A stretch of DNA of 64,000 bases, taken from the IMG/VR virus record IMGVR_UViG_3300011116_001227; one strand, written 5' to 3'. The stretch comes from a virus (lineage: Duplodnaviria; Caudoviricetes). The position numbers were made by a program, and so were the translations under genes. How positions within the stretch are numbered: the stretch's first letter is position 1; each line of letters begins with the position of its first letter. Under the pieces are notes generated by a model, which had not been told where the DNA came from, ran no database searches, and saw only the letters and a list, made by a program, of their open reading frames with translations. This document shows, piece by piece, positions 36,590-48,178 of the stretch.

Positions 36590-38452
36590 ATGGCGTTAAT
36601 AGACAACAAGCAAGTTTTAAAATCAGTTCGTCAAAGAAGTTATCTGGCAAGAGACTTTGATAGCTTTCGAACTGTTTTGCTCGAGTACGCTAGACAGTAT
36701 TATCCTGATAAAATTCAAGATTTTTCTGAAGCGTCGCTTGGAGGTCTCTTTCTTGACATGGCTGCTTATGTGGGAGACAATCTCTCGTTTTATCTCGACC
36801 ACCTGTATGGAGAACTTAATTTCGATACAGTAGTAGAGACAGCGAATATTGAAAGAACTATTCGAAGTGCAGGAATTCAAATATCTGGCGCATCTCCATC
36901 TCTCATCACGTTAGAATTCTACATAGAGGTTCCCGTGTTGAGCTCTTCAGATCTTAGACCTGATCCTGCGCTCCTTCCCACGATAAAATCAAATGCAGTT
37001 TTTACTTCTGACAATGGTACGACATTTACTTTGATTGACGATGTTAATTTTTGGCAGCTGAATGAAGAAACTCAAGAATTAGAGCTCAATCAGAACGTTG
37101 TAGAGACAAATGGAAGAAGAGTCGGCGGAAGCATTATAACAAAAATCTTAAAGGCATCAGGAATCTGCACATCAGGAGTACAGACAACTGAGTCTGTTCA
37201 AGTCGGAGACTTCATTCCATTTAGAAGAATTAATCTGACACACGCAGACGTAACGAGTATTATTTCTGTGACTGACCAAAAAGGAAATATTTACTACGAA
37301 GTTGACAATCTAAGTCACGATGTTGTCTATAAGAATACGCTTAATACTACTGAAAAAGATAGTTTAGTCAAAGACTCATTAAAAGTTATTCCTGCTCCTT
37401 ACAGATACGTGAAAGAGACGTCTCTAGACACAAGAAAAACAGTTCTGATATTTGGAGGTGGAACTGCAGATTCTCTTGACGACGATGCGATTCCTGATCC
37501 TTCAGAATTTGCAATTCCGCTGAGATATACGCAAACATTCTCTAGAAAATCTGTTAATCCTCAACGTTTGCTTCAGACTTCTACACTCGGCGTCGCAGCA
37601 GCAAACACAACGCTGTCAGTCACTTACAGATACGGCGGCGGTCTGATGCACAATGTGCCTGTGGGCAGTGTTAGAAGCATTCAGACGGTTGAGTTATTTT
37701 TCCCATCAAATCCTTTGAATTCTCAACAGAATCAAATAAGAAATGGTTTAGAAGCTTATAACTCTACAGCAGGTTCTGGCGGTGAAGATGCACCTTCTAC
37801 ACAAGAGTTGCTGGCCCTCGTTCCAGCGATTAAAAGTTCACAGGAGAGAATTGTCACAAAAGAAGATCTTCTTGCAAGAGTTTATACGATGCCTTCAAAC
37901 TTTGGAAGAGTGTTTAGAGCATCTGTGTCAAATAACACAAGAAATCCTCTTGCTTCAATTCTTCATGTAATATCACGTTCACCATCGGGATCTCTGATAG
38001 TTTCTCCAGATGCTTTGAAGATCAATTTAAAACGCTATCTCAATTCTTATAGAATGATTTCAGACGCGATTGATATTCTTGATGCCGAAGTGATTAATTT
38101 AGAATTATATTTTGAGATTGTAGTAGATCCTTCGTATAACAAGTCGACAGTCTTAAAGAACACAATAAGCGCTCTTCAAAATCAATTTAACATTAAAAAC
38201 TTTCATATAAATCAGCCAATAGTTAAATCAGATATTAATAGCACAATTTTCTCTCAGCAAGGAATTGTGTCTGTCAATTCAATTACAGTTAGAAATTTAT
38301 ATGGAACAGTAAAGAATAGAGTTTACTCTTCTACGGTTTTTGATGTTAAGAGCAACACTAGAAACCAAATAATTTATCCTCCGCAGGGAGGAATATTCGA
38401 GATCAAGTATCCAGACATCAATATCATAGGCAAAGCGGTGTCAAATGTATAG
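36590..38452 (+). CDS. Baseplate wedge protein, gp6/baseplate J-like
   Basis: RDFDSFR..L, DFSEAS.GG.FLDMAAYVGD.LSFYLD, GGEDAP, RIVTKEDL. Confidence 0.88.
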   Translation: MALIDNKQVLKSVRQRSYLARDFDSFRTVLLEYARQYYPDKIQDFSEASLGGLFLDMAAYVGDNLSFYLDHLYGELNFDTVVETANIERTIRSAGIQISGASPSLITLEFYIEVPVLSSSDLRPDPALLPTIKSNAVFTSDNGTTFTLIDDVNFWQLNEETQELELNQNVVETNGRRVGGSIITKILKASGICTSGVQTTESVQVGDFIPFRRINLTHADVTSIISVTDQKGNIYYEVDNLSHDVVYKNTLNTTEKDSLVKDSLKVIPAPYRYVKETSLDTRKTVLIFGGGTADSLDDDAIPDPSEFAIPLRYTQTFSRKSVNPQRLLQTSTLGVAAANTTLSVTYRYGGGLMHNVPVGSVRSIQTVELFFPSNPLNSQQNQIRNGLEAYNSTAGSGGEDAPSTQELLALVPAIKSSQERIVTKEDLLARVYTMPSNFGRVFRASVSNNTRNPLASILHVISRSPSGSLIVSPDALKINLKRYLNSYRMISDAIDILDAEVINLELYFEIVVDPSYNKSTVLKNTISALQNQFNIKNFHINQPIVKSDINSTIFSQQGIVSVNSITVRNLYGTVKNRVYSSTVFDVKSNTRNQIIYPPQGGIFEIKYPDINIIGKAVSNV

Positions 38453-39935
38453 AAAGTTAAAAGCTGATAAAGACGCTTATATTACTAATAAAGTCGTCGG
38501 TGCAAAGTCAAAAGTATCGGGAAACGTAGGTTTAGCTGGAACTTTAGATCTTTTTAAATTGCACGGAATTGCTCCTGAGTCGTCGGGTGTAACAGACGAA
38601 ATTTCTAGACTTCTTGTTCACTTCGATCTGCAACCGCTTAGAGATCTTGTTTTTTCAAGAAGCATTGACATTAATTCCAATTCTTTCTTCTGCAAACTTT
38701 CACTCAAAGATGTTTATGGTGGACAACCTACACCTCAAAATTTTGGCGTAAGTGTCTTCCCGCTTTCTTCATCTTTTGAAGAAGGTCTTGGAAAAGATCT
38801 TGTGTATTACTCTGATGTAGATGCAACAAATTGGTTGTCTTCTTCTAGAGGTCAACTTTGGGGATCTGAAGGTTGTAATCTGGCGTGTTTTGCCACGGGA
38901 TCAGGCGACTACATTACAAGTTCTTTGTCTATTGGATCGACAGAAATAACTCAACTATTTCCAGTTGGAACAGAAGATCTTCTAATTGACGTTACGACTA
39001 TCGTTTCTGCTACTTTGAAGGGAGAGATTCCCGATAGAGGATACAGAATTTCTTTCTCTAGTGATATCGAGAACAACGATAACACATATTTCGTAAAGAG
39101 ATTTGGAAGCAGACATGCTTACGACGAGACAAAAAGACCAGCGCTTGTATTTGGATTTGACGATTCAATTACAGACGACACACAGAATTTGACTTTTGAT
39201 TCCGATTGCAAGATCAATTTATACAACTATATCGGCGGAAATCTAATCAATCTTGTTTCAGGAAACACGACTCTAACTGGTAGCAATTGTGTTGCATTAA
39301 AACTTGTGACTGAAACCGGAAATTATGCGATTAGCTTTTCAGGATCACAATTCACACTTGGGTCAAATCCCGTCGACGGTGTCTATAAAGCTACAGTTAA
39401 TATTCCTTCAAATAACGCAGTAATTGCTGCAAGAATTGCTGAATCAGGATCAGTTAAATTTACGCCTGTTTGGACAACAACAAATTCATCTTATGCTTTC
39501 GTAACAGGCAGCAAGGTTGAAGTTAAAAAGCCAATCAGAACATCAGCATCAAATAAGAAAAAATTCTACCGAGTTAATATATCGGGAATTAGTGAGAATT
39601 ATTCTGAGGGCCAAGACGTATCAGCAAGAGTGGTTATATTCGACGACAACGATCCTTATGTAAAGCTTGTCAAGTCTCCCGTCAATCTTGATGGAATTGT
39701 TCTCAACAATGTCTACTACTCTGTCAGAGAAATTGATTCTGGCGTGACAGCAATTCCTTTTGATGATGTTAAAGGATCTACTCGAGTCTCCAGCGATTCT
39801 GAGGGAATGTTCTTCGTTTTCAGCTCTGACGCCTTGGACTTGGGAAGATCTTACGTTATCGACATAATGATCAAAATAAATGGCGTTACAAATATCTACA
39901 AGAACGCTTCATCAATCTTTAGAGTAGCACAATAA
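38445..39935 (+). CDS. Putative baseplate/structural protein
   Basis: 496-aa beta-rich ORF overlapping the gp6-like gene. Confidence 0.6.
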   Translation: MYRKLKADKDAYITNKVVGAKSKVSGNVGLAGTLDLFKLHGIAPESSGVTDEISRLLVHFDLQPLRDLVFSRSIDINSNSFFCKLSLKDVYGGQPTPQNFGVSVFPLSSSFEEGLGKDLVYYSDVDATNWLSSSRGQLWGSEGCNLACFATGSGDYITSSLSIGSTEITQLFPVGTEDLLIDVTTIVSATLKGEIPDRGYRISFSSDIENNDNTYFVKRFGSRHAYDETKRPALVFGFDDSITDDTQNLTFDSDCKINLYNYIGGNLINLVSGNTTLTGSNCVALKLVTETGNYAISFSGSQFTLGSNPVDGVYKATVNIPSNNAVIAARIAESGSVKFTPVWTTTNSSYAFVTGSKVEVKKPIRTSASNKKKFYRVNISGISENYSEGQDVSARVVIFDDNDPYVKLVKSPVNLDGIVLNNVYYSVREIDSGVTAIPFDDVKGSTRVSSDSEGMFFVFSSDALDLGRSYVIDIMIKINGVTNIYKNASSIFRVAQ

Positions 39936-39956
39936 CACTTTTGGCGGACTAATCAA

Positions 39957-42900
39957 ATGGCAGCAAAAATAGGATCAATCAGCTCACCATCTTACGTTAA
40001 GTCAATACAGCAAGATGCTAAGCCTATACAACTTACTGCCGAAGACATCAAGTCATTAAATGAGTCTGTAGATTTTAGTTCTGGTGATTGGGACTTTAAA
40101 TTTGATCCAATCAATTATCCTCTAAAAAGTACACAACAATTAAACGTTGACTGGTCTAAATTTGAAAATCATACGTTCTTTTCTTCTGCTGAAGTAAAAG
40201 TCAACGAAGCTTTTAATCTTATCATTAATAATTTTCCATTCGACGGAACAAAAAAAGAGATTCAAACTTTTCTTGACAAGTTGACAGGATTTGAAAAATA
40301 CGTCTACGATAATTTTCCCGTGTGGTCGGGAGCTCTCCAATTTTCTGGCACTAAAGTAGGTGAAGATTTCAACGGAACGAAAGGAAGTTGGATATCTGTA
40401 AAAGACAAATCAGGTTATCTTTATCCAGATATATCTAAAAACAACAAGGGCGAAGTTATCATTAATCCTGATGCGTCGGGATCGATTTCTATTGAAACGC
40501 TCGTTTATCTTCCGACGATAACAAATTCTACACAAGTTATTTGTCAGAAACAGTCTTCACCTAACGATGGTTTCACATTATACTTGAGCCCAGATGCGTC
40601 TGCAAGTTACGCAACTGCAAGCTTTAGTATTTCTTCAGGATCTTCAAAGCTCAACACTTCTGCAGTGTTAAAGAAGGGAGCTTACAATCATATTTGCGTA
40701 GTTTTTAATAGAGAAGAAAATTTTCCTGATGCAAATTTACAATTTTATGTCAATGAAAAATTAATTTCAACAAGCTCAAACGTGATGAGCTTTGGTAAAT
40801 TGGACATAGACAATTCAGACTTCTTGATAGGAACTGGCAGCGCATTTTATTACAATAACTCACTAGTTACACCTACACAGACATTTAGCGGAACACTAGA
40901 TGAATTTAGACTTTTTCACAGCGTTAGGTCTGTAGAAAAACAAAAATTATACTTTGATAGAGGAATCTATTCAACACCTGATTTAAAGCTGTATTACAGA
41001 TTTAACGAACCACCTCCTCTTCTATCTTTGATAAATGAACAAGAAGCAGTCAACTCAATAGTTCTTGATAGCTCTGGTAATTCTTTACATGCTTATGTTA
41101 ATAATTTTACAGGATCTTTAAGAGTTAACTCTGCTCTAGACACATTAAATCCTGTATCAAATGAGAAAAGAGAATTTACTGTCGTTTTATTTCCAGCTTA
41201 CGATGAAGTCAAAAATTTAAACGCTAACTTGCTGTTGACGGCAAGTCTTTATGATCAAGCAAATCCCAACTACATTGTCAAATTAATACCAAAACATTAT
41301 CTTCTTGAGGGAGCTGACGACGAAGGATATTTCAATGCTAATGGAAATGCAGGAGATGCATACTCAGGGTCTGGAATTCCTGGTCAAGGTCAAAAGGGAT
41401 CGACTCATATTATTCTGACATTCTTGTACATTTGGTCGAAATTTTTCGACGACATCAAGATGTTTGTCGACGCATTTGGTACTTTAAAGACGGTAGGTTA
41501 TGATTTAAATGAAACCACGCCCGATGCTTTCTTAACTGACTTAATAAAGAGCTACGGCTTTTACTTACCTTCTTTTTTTAATCATGCAGACATAAACAAA
41601 TTTTCTGATGACGATGACACAGGTCAAACAACTCAGTATACAACAGGTTTAGCATTCAAGAAAGTACATTCTCAAATAATGAGAAGAGTCATTGTAAACA
41701 TCAATGACTTTGTGAGATCAAAAGGAACGAAGCACAGCATCAGGTCTTTCTTGAGATCAGTAGGAATTGATCCCGACAACAGCCTCAAGATTAGAGAATT
41801 CGGTGGAAATACAACGAAGCAGCTTGGAGCATCAAGAAATAAACGTTTAGAATCACTTCCTATTGTAGACTTTACAAGCGCTTCAATAGCATTATCGTCG
41901 CCTCTAACGGCGTCAAGAATAGAACCAGGATTTCCAACACCGTCAGGACAATTTGTTTATTCCGATAATCACATTGTGGGAACAACAAATTCTTCAGATG
42001 GTCTTCTCACTTCTGGATCGTGGTCTGTAGAATGCAATTACAAATTTCCTCCTTACAAGATCGATGTAATAGGAAATTCAAATCAGTCCTTACTGAGAAT
42101 GGTTGTAACAGGCAGCAATGCATATGCAAAACCAGGTCTAATTACAAACATAATCGCAACTCAAAAAACAGTCACTGAACCATCGACAATTACAGCTTAT
42201 GTAAGACCCGGTTCAGCTGTTGATTCTCCAACGCTTACACTTTCTTTAAATCTTTCTGGTTCTGGAATATTCGATGGAGAAAGATGGAATATTTCTTTTG
42301 GTAGAAAGAGATCAGATGAGTTTGGTTTAAATTATTTATCTTCTAGCTATTTCTTAAGAGCAGGCAAGTCTAATTACGGAGACGTTGAAGAAGTCTATAC
42401 AACTTCACAATTCTTCCACGAGAAAAAATCAACAGAAGCTAACATCTTTGAAGTTTCTTCTCCTTTGTATAATGCGTCTGGTTCTTATATCTCTATTGGA
42501 TCAGATCAAACAATTCCTACGTCGATTTTGTATCCTTATCTGAATAATACTGCAGAAGTATCAGACGAAGCTAGAACAACGTCGTTCTATGGTTGGACTT
42601 CACACTTAAGATTCTGGTCTAAATTTATAGATGTAAACGAATGGAAAGAACACGTAAGAAATTACAAATCTGCAGGTGTTTCTAATCCAAAAGTAAATTA
42701 TAACTTCGTCACTAATGTTTCTGGCTCTTTCAATAAATTGAGAATGGACACTTTCTCAAAACAACCAGTAAGAGACGCAGATAATACTGGAAAAATTATC
42801 TTTGTTGACCACAGCTATAATAATCTTGTTATGACAGGATCAGCATTTGGATCCGGATCTAATGTCGTGATCATCGGCGACGTAGGATCTTACAGCTACT

Positions 42901-43472
42901 TGTCACCTGATTTTGATGAGGCTTCTACTGATGAAAAAGTTAGAATTAGAGGTCTAAGTCAGTCAAGCAATCTAGATGAAAATCCTTATGCGTCTATCGG
43001 ACCAGCTTACTCGAGCAACGAATCCTTTATGAAAGAAGAGCCGAGTGATGATACGCGTTTGTCGGTAGAATTTTCTCTCACTGATGCTCTTAATAGAGAC
43101 ATCATAACAATGTTTTCAGATCTTGATGTTCTTGGTGACGCAATTGGAAGACCTGAAAATATGTTTTCTTCTGACTATCCTGATCTTGACGTTCTAAGAG
43201 ACGTTTATTTTAATAGACTTACTGAAAATCTTAATTTTAGAAACTTCTTGGAATTTTATAGATGGTTCGATTTGTCAATATCGTCTTTTATTGAGCAGTT
43301 AATTCCCGGGAAGACTCGCTATAAAGGAACTAATTTCGTTATAGAATCTCACATGCTCGAGAGACATAAACGAGAATTTAGACACAGCGAGAATTATTTA
43401 GGTAAGCAACAAATTGTAAGTGCAGATAAGTTACTACTGCAGCAAATAGCAGGCGAACTTAAAAAGTACTAG
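39957..43472 (+). CDS. Baseplate protein with LamG/ConA-like domain and P2 gpI/gp7-like segment
   Basis: YNHICVVF...FSGTLDEFRLF (LamG); KGTKHSIRSFLRSVGI (tail P2_I-like). Confidence 0.7.
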   Translation: MAAKIGSISSPSYVKSIQQDAKPIQLTAEDIKSLNESVDFSSGDWDFKFDPINYPLKSTQQLNVDWSKFENHTFFSSAEVKVNEAFNLIINNFPFDGTKKEIQTFLDKLTGFEKYVYDNFPVWSGALQFSGTKVGEDFNGTKGSWISVKDKSGYLYPDISKNNKGEVIINPDASGSISIETLVYLPTITNSTQVICQKQSSPNDGFTLYLSPDASASYATASFSISSGSSKLNTSAVLKKGAYNHICVVFNREENFPDANLQFYVNEKLISTSSNVMSFGKLDIDNSDFLIGTGSAFYYNNSLVTPTQTFSGTLDEFRLFHSVRSVEKQKLYFDRGIYSTPDLKLYYRFNEPPPLLSLINEQEAVNSIVLDSSGNSLHAYVNNFTGSLRVNSALDTLNPVSNEKREFTVVLFPAYDEVKNLNANLLLTASLYDQANPNYIVKLIPKHYLLEGADDEGYFNANGNAGDAYSGSGIPGQGQKGSTHIILTFLYIWSKFFDDIKMFVDAFGTLKTVGYDLNETTPDAFLTDLIKSYGFYLPSFFNHADINKFSDDDDTGQTTQYTTGLAFKKVHSQIMRRVIVNINDFVRSKGTKHSIRSFLRSVGIDPDNSLKIREFGGNTTKQLGASRNKRLESLPIVDFTSASIALSSPLTASRIEPGFPTPSGQFVYSDNHIVGTTNSSDGLLTSGSWSVECNYKFPPYKIDVIGNSNQSLLRMVVTGSNAYAKPGLITNIIATQKTVTEPSTITAYVRPGSAVDSPTLTLSLNLSGSGIFDGERWNISFGRKRSDEFGLNYLSSSYFLRAGKSNYGDVEEVYTTSQFFHEKKSTEANIFEVSSPLYNASGSYISIGSDQTIPTSILYPYLNNTAEVSDEARTTSFYGWTSHLRFWSKFIDVNEWKEHVRNYKSAGVSNPKVNYNFVTNVSGSFNKLRMDTFSKQPVRDADNTGKIIFVDHSYNNLVMTGSAFGSGSNVVIIGDVGSYSYLSPDFDEASTDEKVRIRGLSQSSNLDENPYASIGPAYSSNESFMKEEPSDDTRLSVEFSLTDALNRDIITMFSDLDVLGDAIGRPENMFSSDYPDLDVLRDVYFNRLTENLNFRNFLEFYRWFDLSISSFIEQLIPGKTRYKGTNFVIESHMLERHKREFRHSENYLGKQQIVSADKLLLQQIAGELKKY

Positions 43473-43481
43473 GAGTGAACT

Positions 43482-44543
43482 TTGTCAAAAAATAACACAG
43501 TCCAGACAGAAAATTTAAATAACGGACAGTGGCCAGATTTATTTGGCTTTGACGAGACACCTGTGTCTGCTGAAGTTTCATACTTCGTAATTGAAACAGA
43601 CACCAATTATTATTCTACACAAAGACAGTTAGAAGCAGAAGCAAATCGAAAATTTTTAGATCGATCTGCTGCACAATCTATTTCAGGATCAACTTCAGCG
43701 TCTAATTTCTTTTTAAATACTGCTAAAAAGTCAAGAACTACATCAAACGGATATCTTACAGGATCGATCATAGACAAATTCCGTCAAGGTGTAGAATTAA
43801 ATCAAGCTTCACACTGGTCCGCAGGATTTTATAAAATTTCAGCAGGAACTCCGGGACATTTAATTGCACCCGTCAACTTCGGCATTAATGAATCTTATAA
43901 TGTGACAAGCAATGATTATTTCGAAGAATTAAGCTTGTTTAATCCTATAGAGTTTATTGCGCTTCAAGACACAGACAAGCCGATTGATGAGATCATTACA
44001 TTTCCAATTGTCACTTCTGATGCAAATCAGAGAGAAAACTACGTTCTAAATGGAGTGATCGAGCCTTTTCCAATTAGACCAATAATTTCTCAGTTTAGCA
44101 TCAACTTTCCATTTGAACCGCATGGAGTTGTAGCCAACTTTGGAAATGGCAACCCTTTTATGCGATCCTCGTCAGATAATGTCAGTCAAATATATGACTT
44201 TGATCCATTAAGAATTAATCAAAAAGTATTCTTGGATAACGGAGATCCAATTGTAATAACAGACGAGAATGGAAATACAAGTTTGGAAATGGGTCCTAAT
44301 TTGGCTTATATTTCTTGGGATCAAAATGTTAATGAACCTTTTGAAGATTCGATACCATCTCGAGGTGACGAATTAGAATCTACACGTCAATACGAGAGTG
44401 ATCTGCTAGCAGCAGTCAGAGCAATGAGACCATTGAACACAACTTACTTAACAGCAAATCAAGTCTCTTCAAGAACGGGTTTTACTTACGATAACACTCT
44501 TCAAGGGGTCGATTCAATTGCATACGGAGGCTTGCTTCGCTGA
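43482..44543 (+). CDS. Putative structural protein
   Basis: 353-aa ORF in the tail/baseplate operon. Confidence 0.6.
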   Translation: MSKNNTVQTENLNNGQWPDLFGFDETPVSAEVSYFVIETDTNYYSTQRQLEAEANRKFLDRSAAQSISGSTSASNFFLNTAKKSRTTSNGYLTGSIIDKFRQGVELNQASHWSAGFYKISAGTPGHLIAPVNFGINESYNVTSNDYFEELSLFNPIEFIALQDTDKPIDEIITFPIVTSDANQRENYVLNGVIEPFPIRPIISQFSINFPFEPHGVVANFGNGNPFMRSSSDNVSQIYDFDPLRINQKVFLDNGDPIVITDENGNTSLEMGPNLAYISWDQNVNEPFEDSIPSRGDELESTRQYESDLLAAVRAMRPLNTTYLTANQVSSRTGFTYDNTLQGVDSIAYGGLLR

Positions 44544-47500
44544 TGTCGTTCAAAGACAAAAAACTTCCTCCCAGCAGAGACTTTGATAAGTATTTTGCTA
44601 ATTTTCAAAATGATCCATTCGCATCTTCAGTGGGTCTAAAAAGCATAAATCCAAATTCTTGGAATAGATTAGGTCCAATCCAGTCAAGCAGTCAGGGATA
44701 TGTTGAGTATCTAGAAGAGCCTACAGCGTCATCTTCTTTAGACCCGGGAGGCAATACATACGTCAAGTCTATTGGATTTGATTTTGAATTTGACGGAAAG
44801 ACTTATTCTAATTTCATAGCAAGTCCACATGGCTGGATCGCACTTCTAGATCCAAGTGCATCAATTGATTCGTCTAATCTAGACAAAATTTATAGTCAAC
44901 GTCTTCTAGCAAGTGGAAGTAGCTCTTTTTGCAACACTTCAATTACATCATCTTTTGTAAACAAAGATGTTTTTCTTGCACCTTGGTTTGACAGACTAAT
45001 GATGACGCATAAAGATGCTGATTCGTTCATAACATTTTATTCTGGCACTGCTCCGTCTGTCGTCAGTCAAAGAGAAAATTTCTTGTATGGAAGATCTACA
45101 ACAAAAGATCAACCATTTGATGAATTAACATCAGGTATGCGGTATGCTACAGTTGATGATTCAGTCGATGGTAAATCTCTTGTAGTTCGTTGGTCTTCAA
45201 TGGGATACGGATACAGAAATAAAAAATTAAATTTTGAAACAGCGATTTATGAAAATGGAAAAATAGAATTCAACTATGCACCTCTTGAATCTTATTCCAC
45301 AGATTACACTCTTGTAAAGTTATCTGCTGATCCAAGCAGCGTTTGGAAATTAGATGATACATCGGCTTCTGCTATCGATTCTCGAGGAGTTCAAAATTTA
45401 TCTCATAAGAATTCTGTTGCTTATAACGTAGACGGAAAAATATCTAGAGCAGCTTTCTACTCAGGAAGTAGTACTTCAGTCACATACACAGGAAATTCAA
45501 GTTTTGCTGATTTTTTAGTAACAAATTCTTTTTCTTTCAGCGCATGGTTTAAAACTACAGATTCTTCAAATCAGACTATTACAGGAAGAATGGCGTATGA
45601 CTTCAGTAGAGGTTATTCTCTAAGACTGAGTGGCGGGTATATAGAATTTACTCTCAATAAGACGTGGAACACTTCTACGCTTCAAGCAAGATCTACATTA
45701 AATACTTACAATGATGGTCAATGGCATCACGTTGTTGTCACGTATAATGGAACTGCCACGCTAAGTGGAATTAAAATCTATGTAGACGGTCAGCAAATAT
45801 CAACTACTGGTCCTTATACATCTTTGACAACAAGTGACAATATATCTTCCCCTTCTGGTCAAGGTAGATTTATGATTGGTGGGGTAGGAATTGACAACAC
45901 AAACAACCAGCAATTTACAGGCTCACTCGATGACATTGCTGTGTGGTCTTCTGTATTGACATCTGCTGACGCTAATTACATCTATTCTAATGGAATATCA
46001 TCAGTGTCTTCAGCTGATATTCAGACAATTGGACTCGGATCAGCTAGCGCGACTTGTGGAATATTCACTTCTGGATCTTCAACTTGGAATTTTAGAGATC
46101 TTGGCCCACTGCTTGGATCAAATTCTAACAGATTAATGAGTGATTTTGGCGGTGCATTGTTCACTGGATCTTACACGAGCATTGACACAAATACTGCTAC
46201 AACATCTTCTTACACGTCAAATCTTAGCATTAATAATTGGCCGCAGAGAGGCGGAAGAATTACTCTGATGCCTCCTCAGCTCAGAAGAAAACAGACAAGA
46301 GCAGACATACACGAGAATGAAAAGAAAAGATTTTTTAGTGAGTCTGCATATGACGATAGAAAACTCATAAACTACAAAGCAGAAAATAACGTAGATGCAT
46401 CTACAACTCTACCTCTATTCGATGTTGTTAATCCGTCATATCCAGGTGTTCATTTAAAACAAAATCTAATCTCTTCCGGTGGAATAAGAACAAACAATAG
46501 AACGATTATTTCTGCAGGGCACTCTGTGTTTCTAGAAGATGAACTCGAAAACAAAGAGAAAATTTCTCCATTTGCTGAAGACAGAGTTTATTCTTCTAAA
46601 AGCAATGATGATTCTTTCTTTTTAACTGGTTCTATTTCGTCTTTTGGCTCTGAAAGAAATAGTTTTTCTAGAAGTCTAGCAAACAAAAAGAAAATACAGA
46701 TCACCTTCCCAGTAGACAAAAAAGTAAAGATGCTGACAAGTGCAAGTAGCATGTACTACTTCAATCCTTCAGCAAAACAATGGAATATTCCTTCTTCGTC
46801 GCTAAATGATCACACGAACAATCCATTCGACAAGTTTTCTTCTAAAACTACCAATTTAGCATCAGGTACATCTTCGGGTTCTATCTACCTTGAAGATAAG
46901 ATTGGATTTGACACGTACGGAAATTCTATAATCTCTGGCAGCTTAAATATTTTAAGAACTTCTGGCACTGAACCCGCAAATCAATCTACAACGGAAATTG
47001 GTAATTCATTTAATCTTTCTAACCACATCGAATTGCTGTCTAGAGAATATCCAAAAAGTGTTCAAAGAAATTCAGATTACAATTCATCCGATGAGTTATT
47101 TGTTCTTCCAATTACCGAGCCATTTCTAATTGAAAAAGCAGTAATAGAACTTCCTTTTTGTATGGGAAATGGTTGGTTTAACGACAAAACATCTTTCTTG
47201 TTAGTTTCTGCCAGCAATTTTTCGCATACTTCTTCTATGTCTGTTGTAACTGCTCTTCCTCCTCTTACATTTTATGATGAAGGCGGACCAGCAATTACTA
47301 TTTCTCTATTTTGTCAAAAGAATTTTGGAACAGGAAGTGTAAGAGATCTTGTATTTAAATCAACTTTTACACATTCTGATGATGATTCTGGAACCGCGGA
47401 CTTCGTTATAGCCAGAAGCGGATCTTTAAATCAAACATGGAATGCAGTCATAGTAGGAAACAAAGATAATCAAAATATAATTTCTGACTCTGTCAATTAC

Positions 47501-48178
47501 AACACTGTAGGATCAAATAAGACATTTACTGGAAGTGTTGTCGTCAGATCTGAGGCAGCAATTTCAAATGCAGCACAAGTGGCTGTATTCAAGTCTTTCA
47601 ACATGACTTCGCATGCAAGTTCAGGAAGCATGCTTTCAAGCTTCTCAGATTTCTTAAATACTGAATACACCACACTCAACGATCCGATATCTTCTTCGTT
47701 GTTGTTAGGATTAGATCCGTTTGGAAGAGCTATGGGTGGTTTTGAAGCAGGTGGAGAATTCTCAACGACACAAGATGTTTTGTTTGGAACATCTATCAAG
47801 AATCCATTCTATTTTTCAAATGCATCAGACAGACAAACAATTTCTTCCAATCTCGAGACAAAGTTTAATACACAAGGGACTGGCAGTTTCGTGTTTTGTA
47901 TGTCCAAAGCTTCTCTTGGAAAACCAAAACAATCTCCTTACGTAGTCTATCCCGGAGATAAGTTTATTTTAGCAGCATCTAAAACACGTCCTACATTTAG
48001 AAGTGTAGACATAAGACTAAATGATTCAAGTTTAGCAAAAGGAATTACAAATGTAGTTTCTTCTTCGTACTTCAGTAATATTTCAAATGCAGAAGGACAC
48101 GATGTTGTTTTTAATACGGGATCAATTAGCATTACACTTTATGGATCAAGTGTTAAATTAGGAGGAGAAACACAATGA
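44543..48178 (+). CDS. Large virion protein with a LamG/ConA-like lectin domain
   Basis: FSFSAWFKT...NDGQWHHVVVTY...IYVDG...FTGSLDDIAVW. Confidence 0.8.
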   Translation: MSFKDKKLPPSRDFDKYFANFQNDPFASSVGLKSINPNSWNRLGPIQSSSQGYVEYLEEPTASSSLDPGGNTYVKSIGFDFEFDGKTYSNFIASPHGWIALLDPSASIDSSNLDKIYSQRLLASGSSSFCNTSITSSFVNKDVFLAPWFDRLMMTHKDADSFITFYSGTAPSVVSQRENFLYGRSTTKDQPFDELTSGMRYATVDDSVDGKSLVVRWSSMGYGYRNKKLNFETAIYENGKIEFNYAPLESYSTDYTLVKLSADPSSVWKLDDTSASAIDSRGVQNLSHKNSVAYNVDGKISRAAFYSGSSTSVTYTGNSSFADFLVTNSFSFSAWFKTTDSSNQTITGRMAYDFSRGYSLRLSGGYIEFTLNKTWNTSTLQARSTLNTYNDGQWHHVVVTYNGTATLSGIKIYVDGQQISTTGPYTSLTTSDNISSPSGQGRFMIGGVGIDNTNNQQFTGSLDDIAVWSSVLTSADANYIYSNGISSVSSADIQTIGLGSASATCGIFTSGSSTWNFRDLGPLLGSNSNRLMSDFGGALFTGSYTSIDTNTATTSSYTSNLSINNWPQRGGRITLMPPQLRRKQTRADIHENEKKRFFSESAYDDRKLINYKAENNVDASTTLPLFDVVNPSYPGVHLKQNLISSGGIRTNNRTIISAGHSVFLEDELENKEKISPFAEDRVYSSKSNDDSFFLTGSISSFGSERNSFSRSLANKKKIQITFPVDKKVKMLTSASSMYYFNPSAKQWNIPSSSLNDHTNNPFDKFSSKTTNLASGTSSGSIYLEDKIGFDTYGNSIISGSLNILRTSGTEPANQSTTEIGNSFNLSNHIELLSREYPKSVQRNSDYNSSDELFVLPITEPFLIEKAVIELPFCMGNGWFNDKTSFLLVSASNFSHTSSMSVVTALPPLTFYDEGGPAITISLFCQKNFGTGSVRDLVFKSTFTHSDDDSGTADFVIARSGSLNQTWNAVIVGNKDNQNIISDSVNYNTVGSNKTFTGSVVVRSEAAISNAAQVAVFKSFNMTSHASSGSMLSSFSDFLNTEYTTLNDPISSSLLLGLDPFGRAMGGFEAGGEFSTTQDVLFGTSIKNPFYFSNASDRQTISSNLETKFNTQGTGSFVFCMSKASLGKPKQSPYVVYPGDKFILAASKTRPTFRSVDIRLNDSSLAKGITNVVSSSYFSNISNAEGHDVVFNTGSISITLYGSSVKLGGETQ

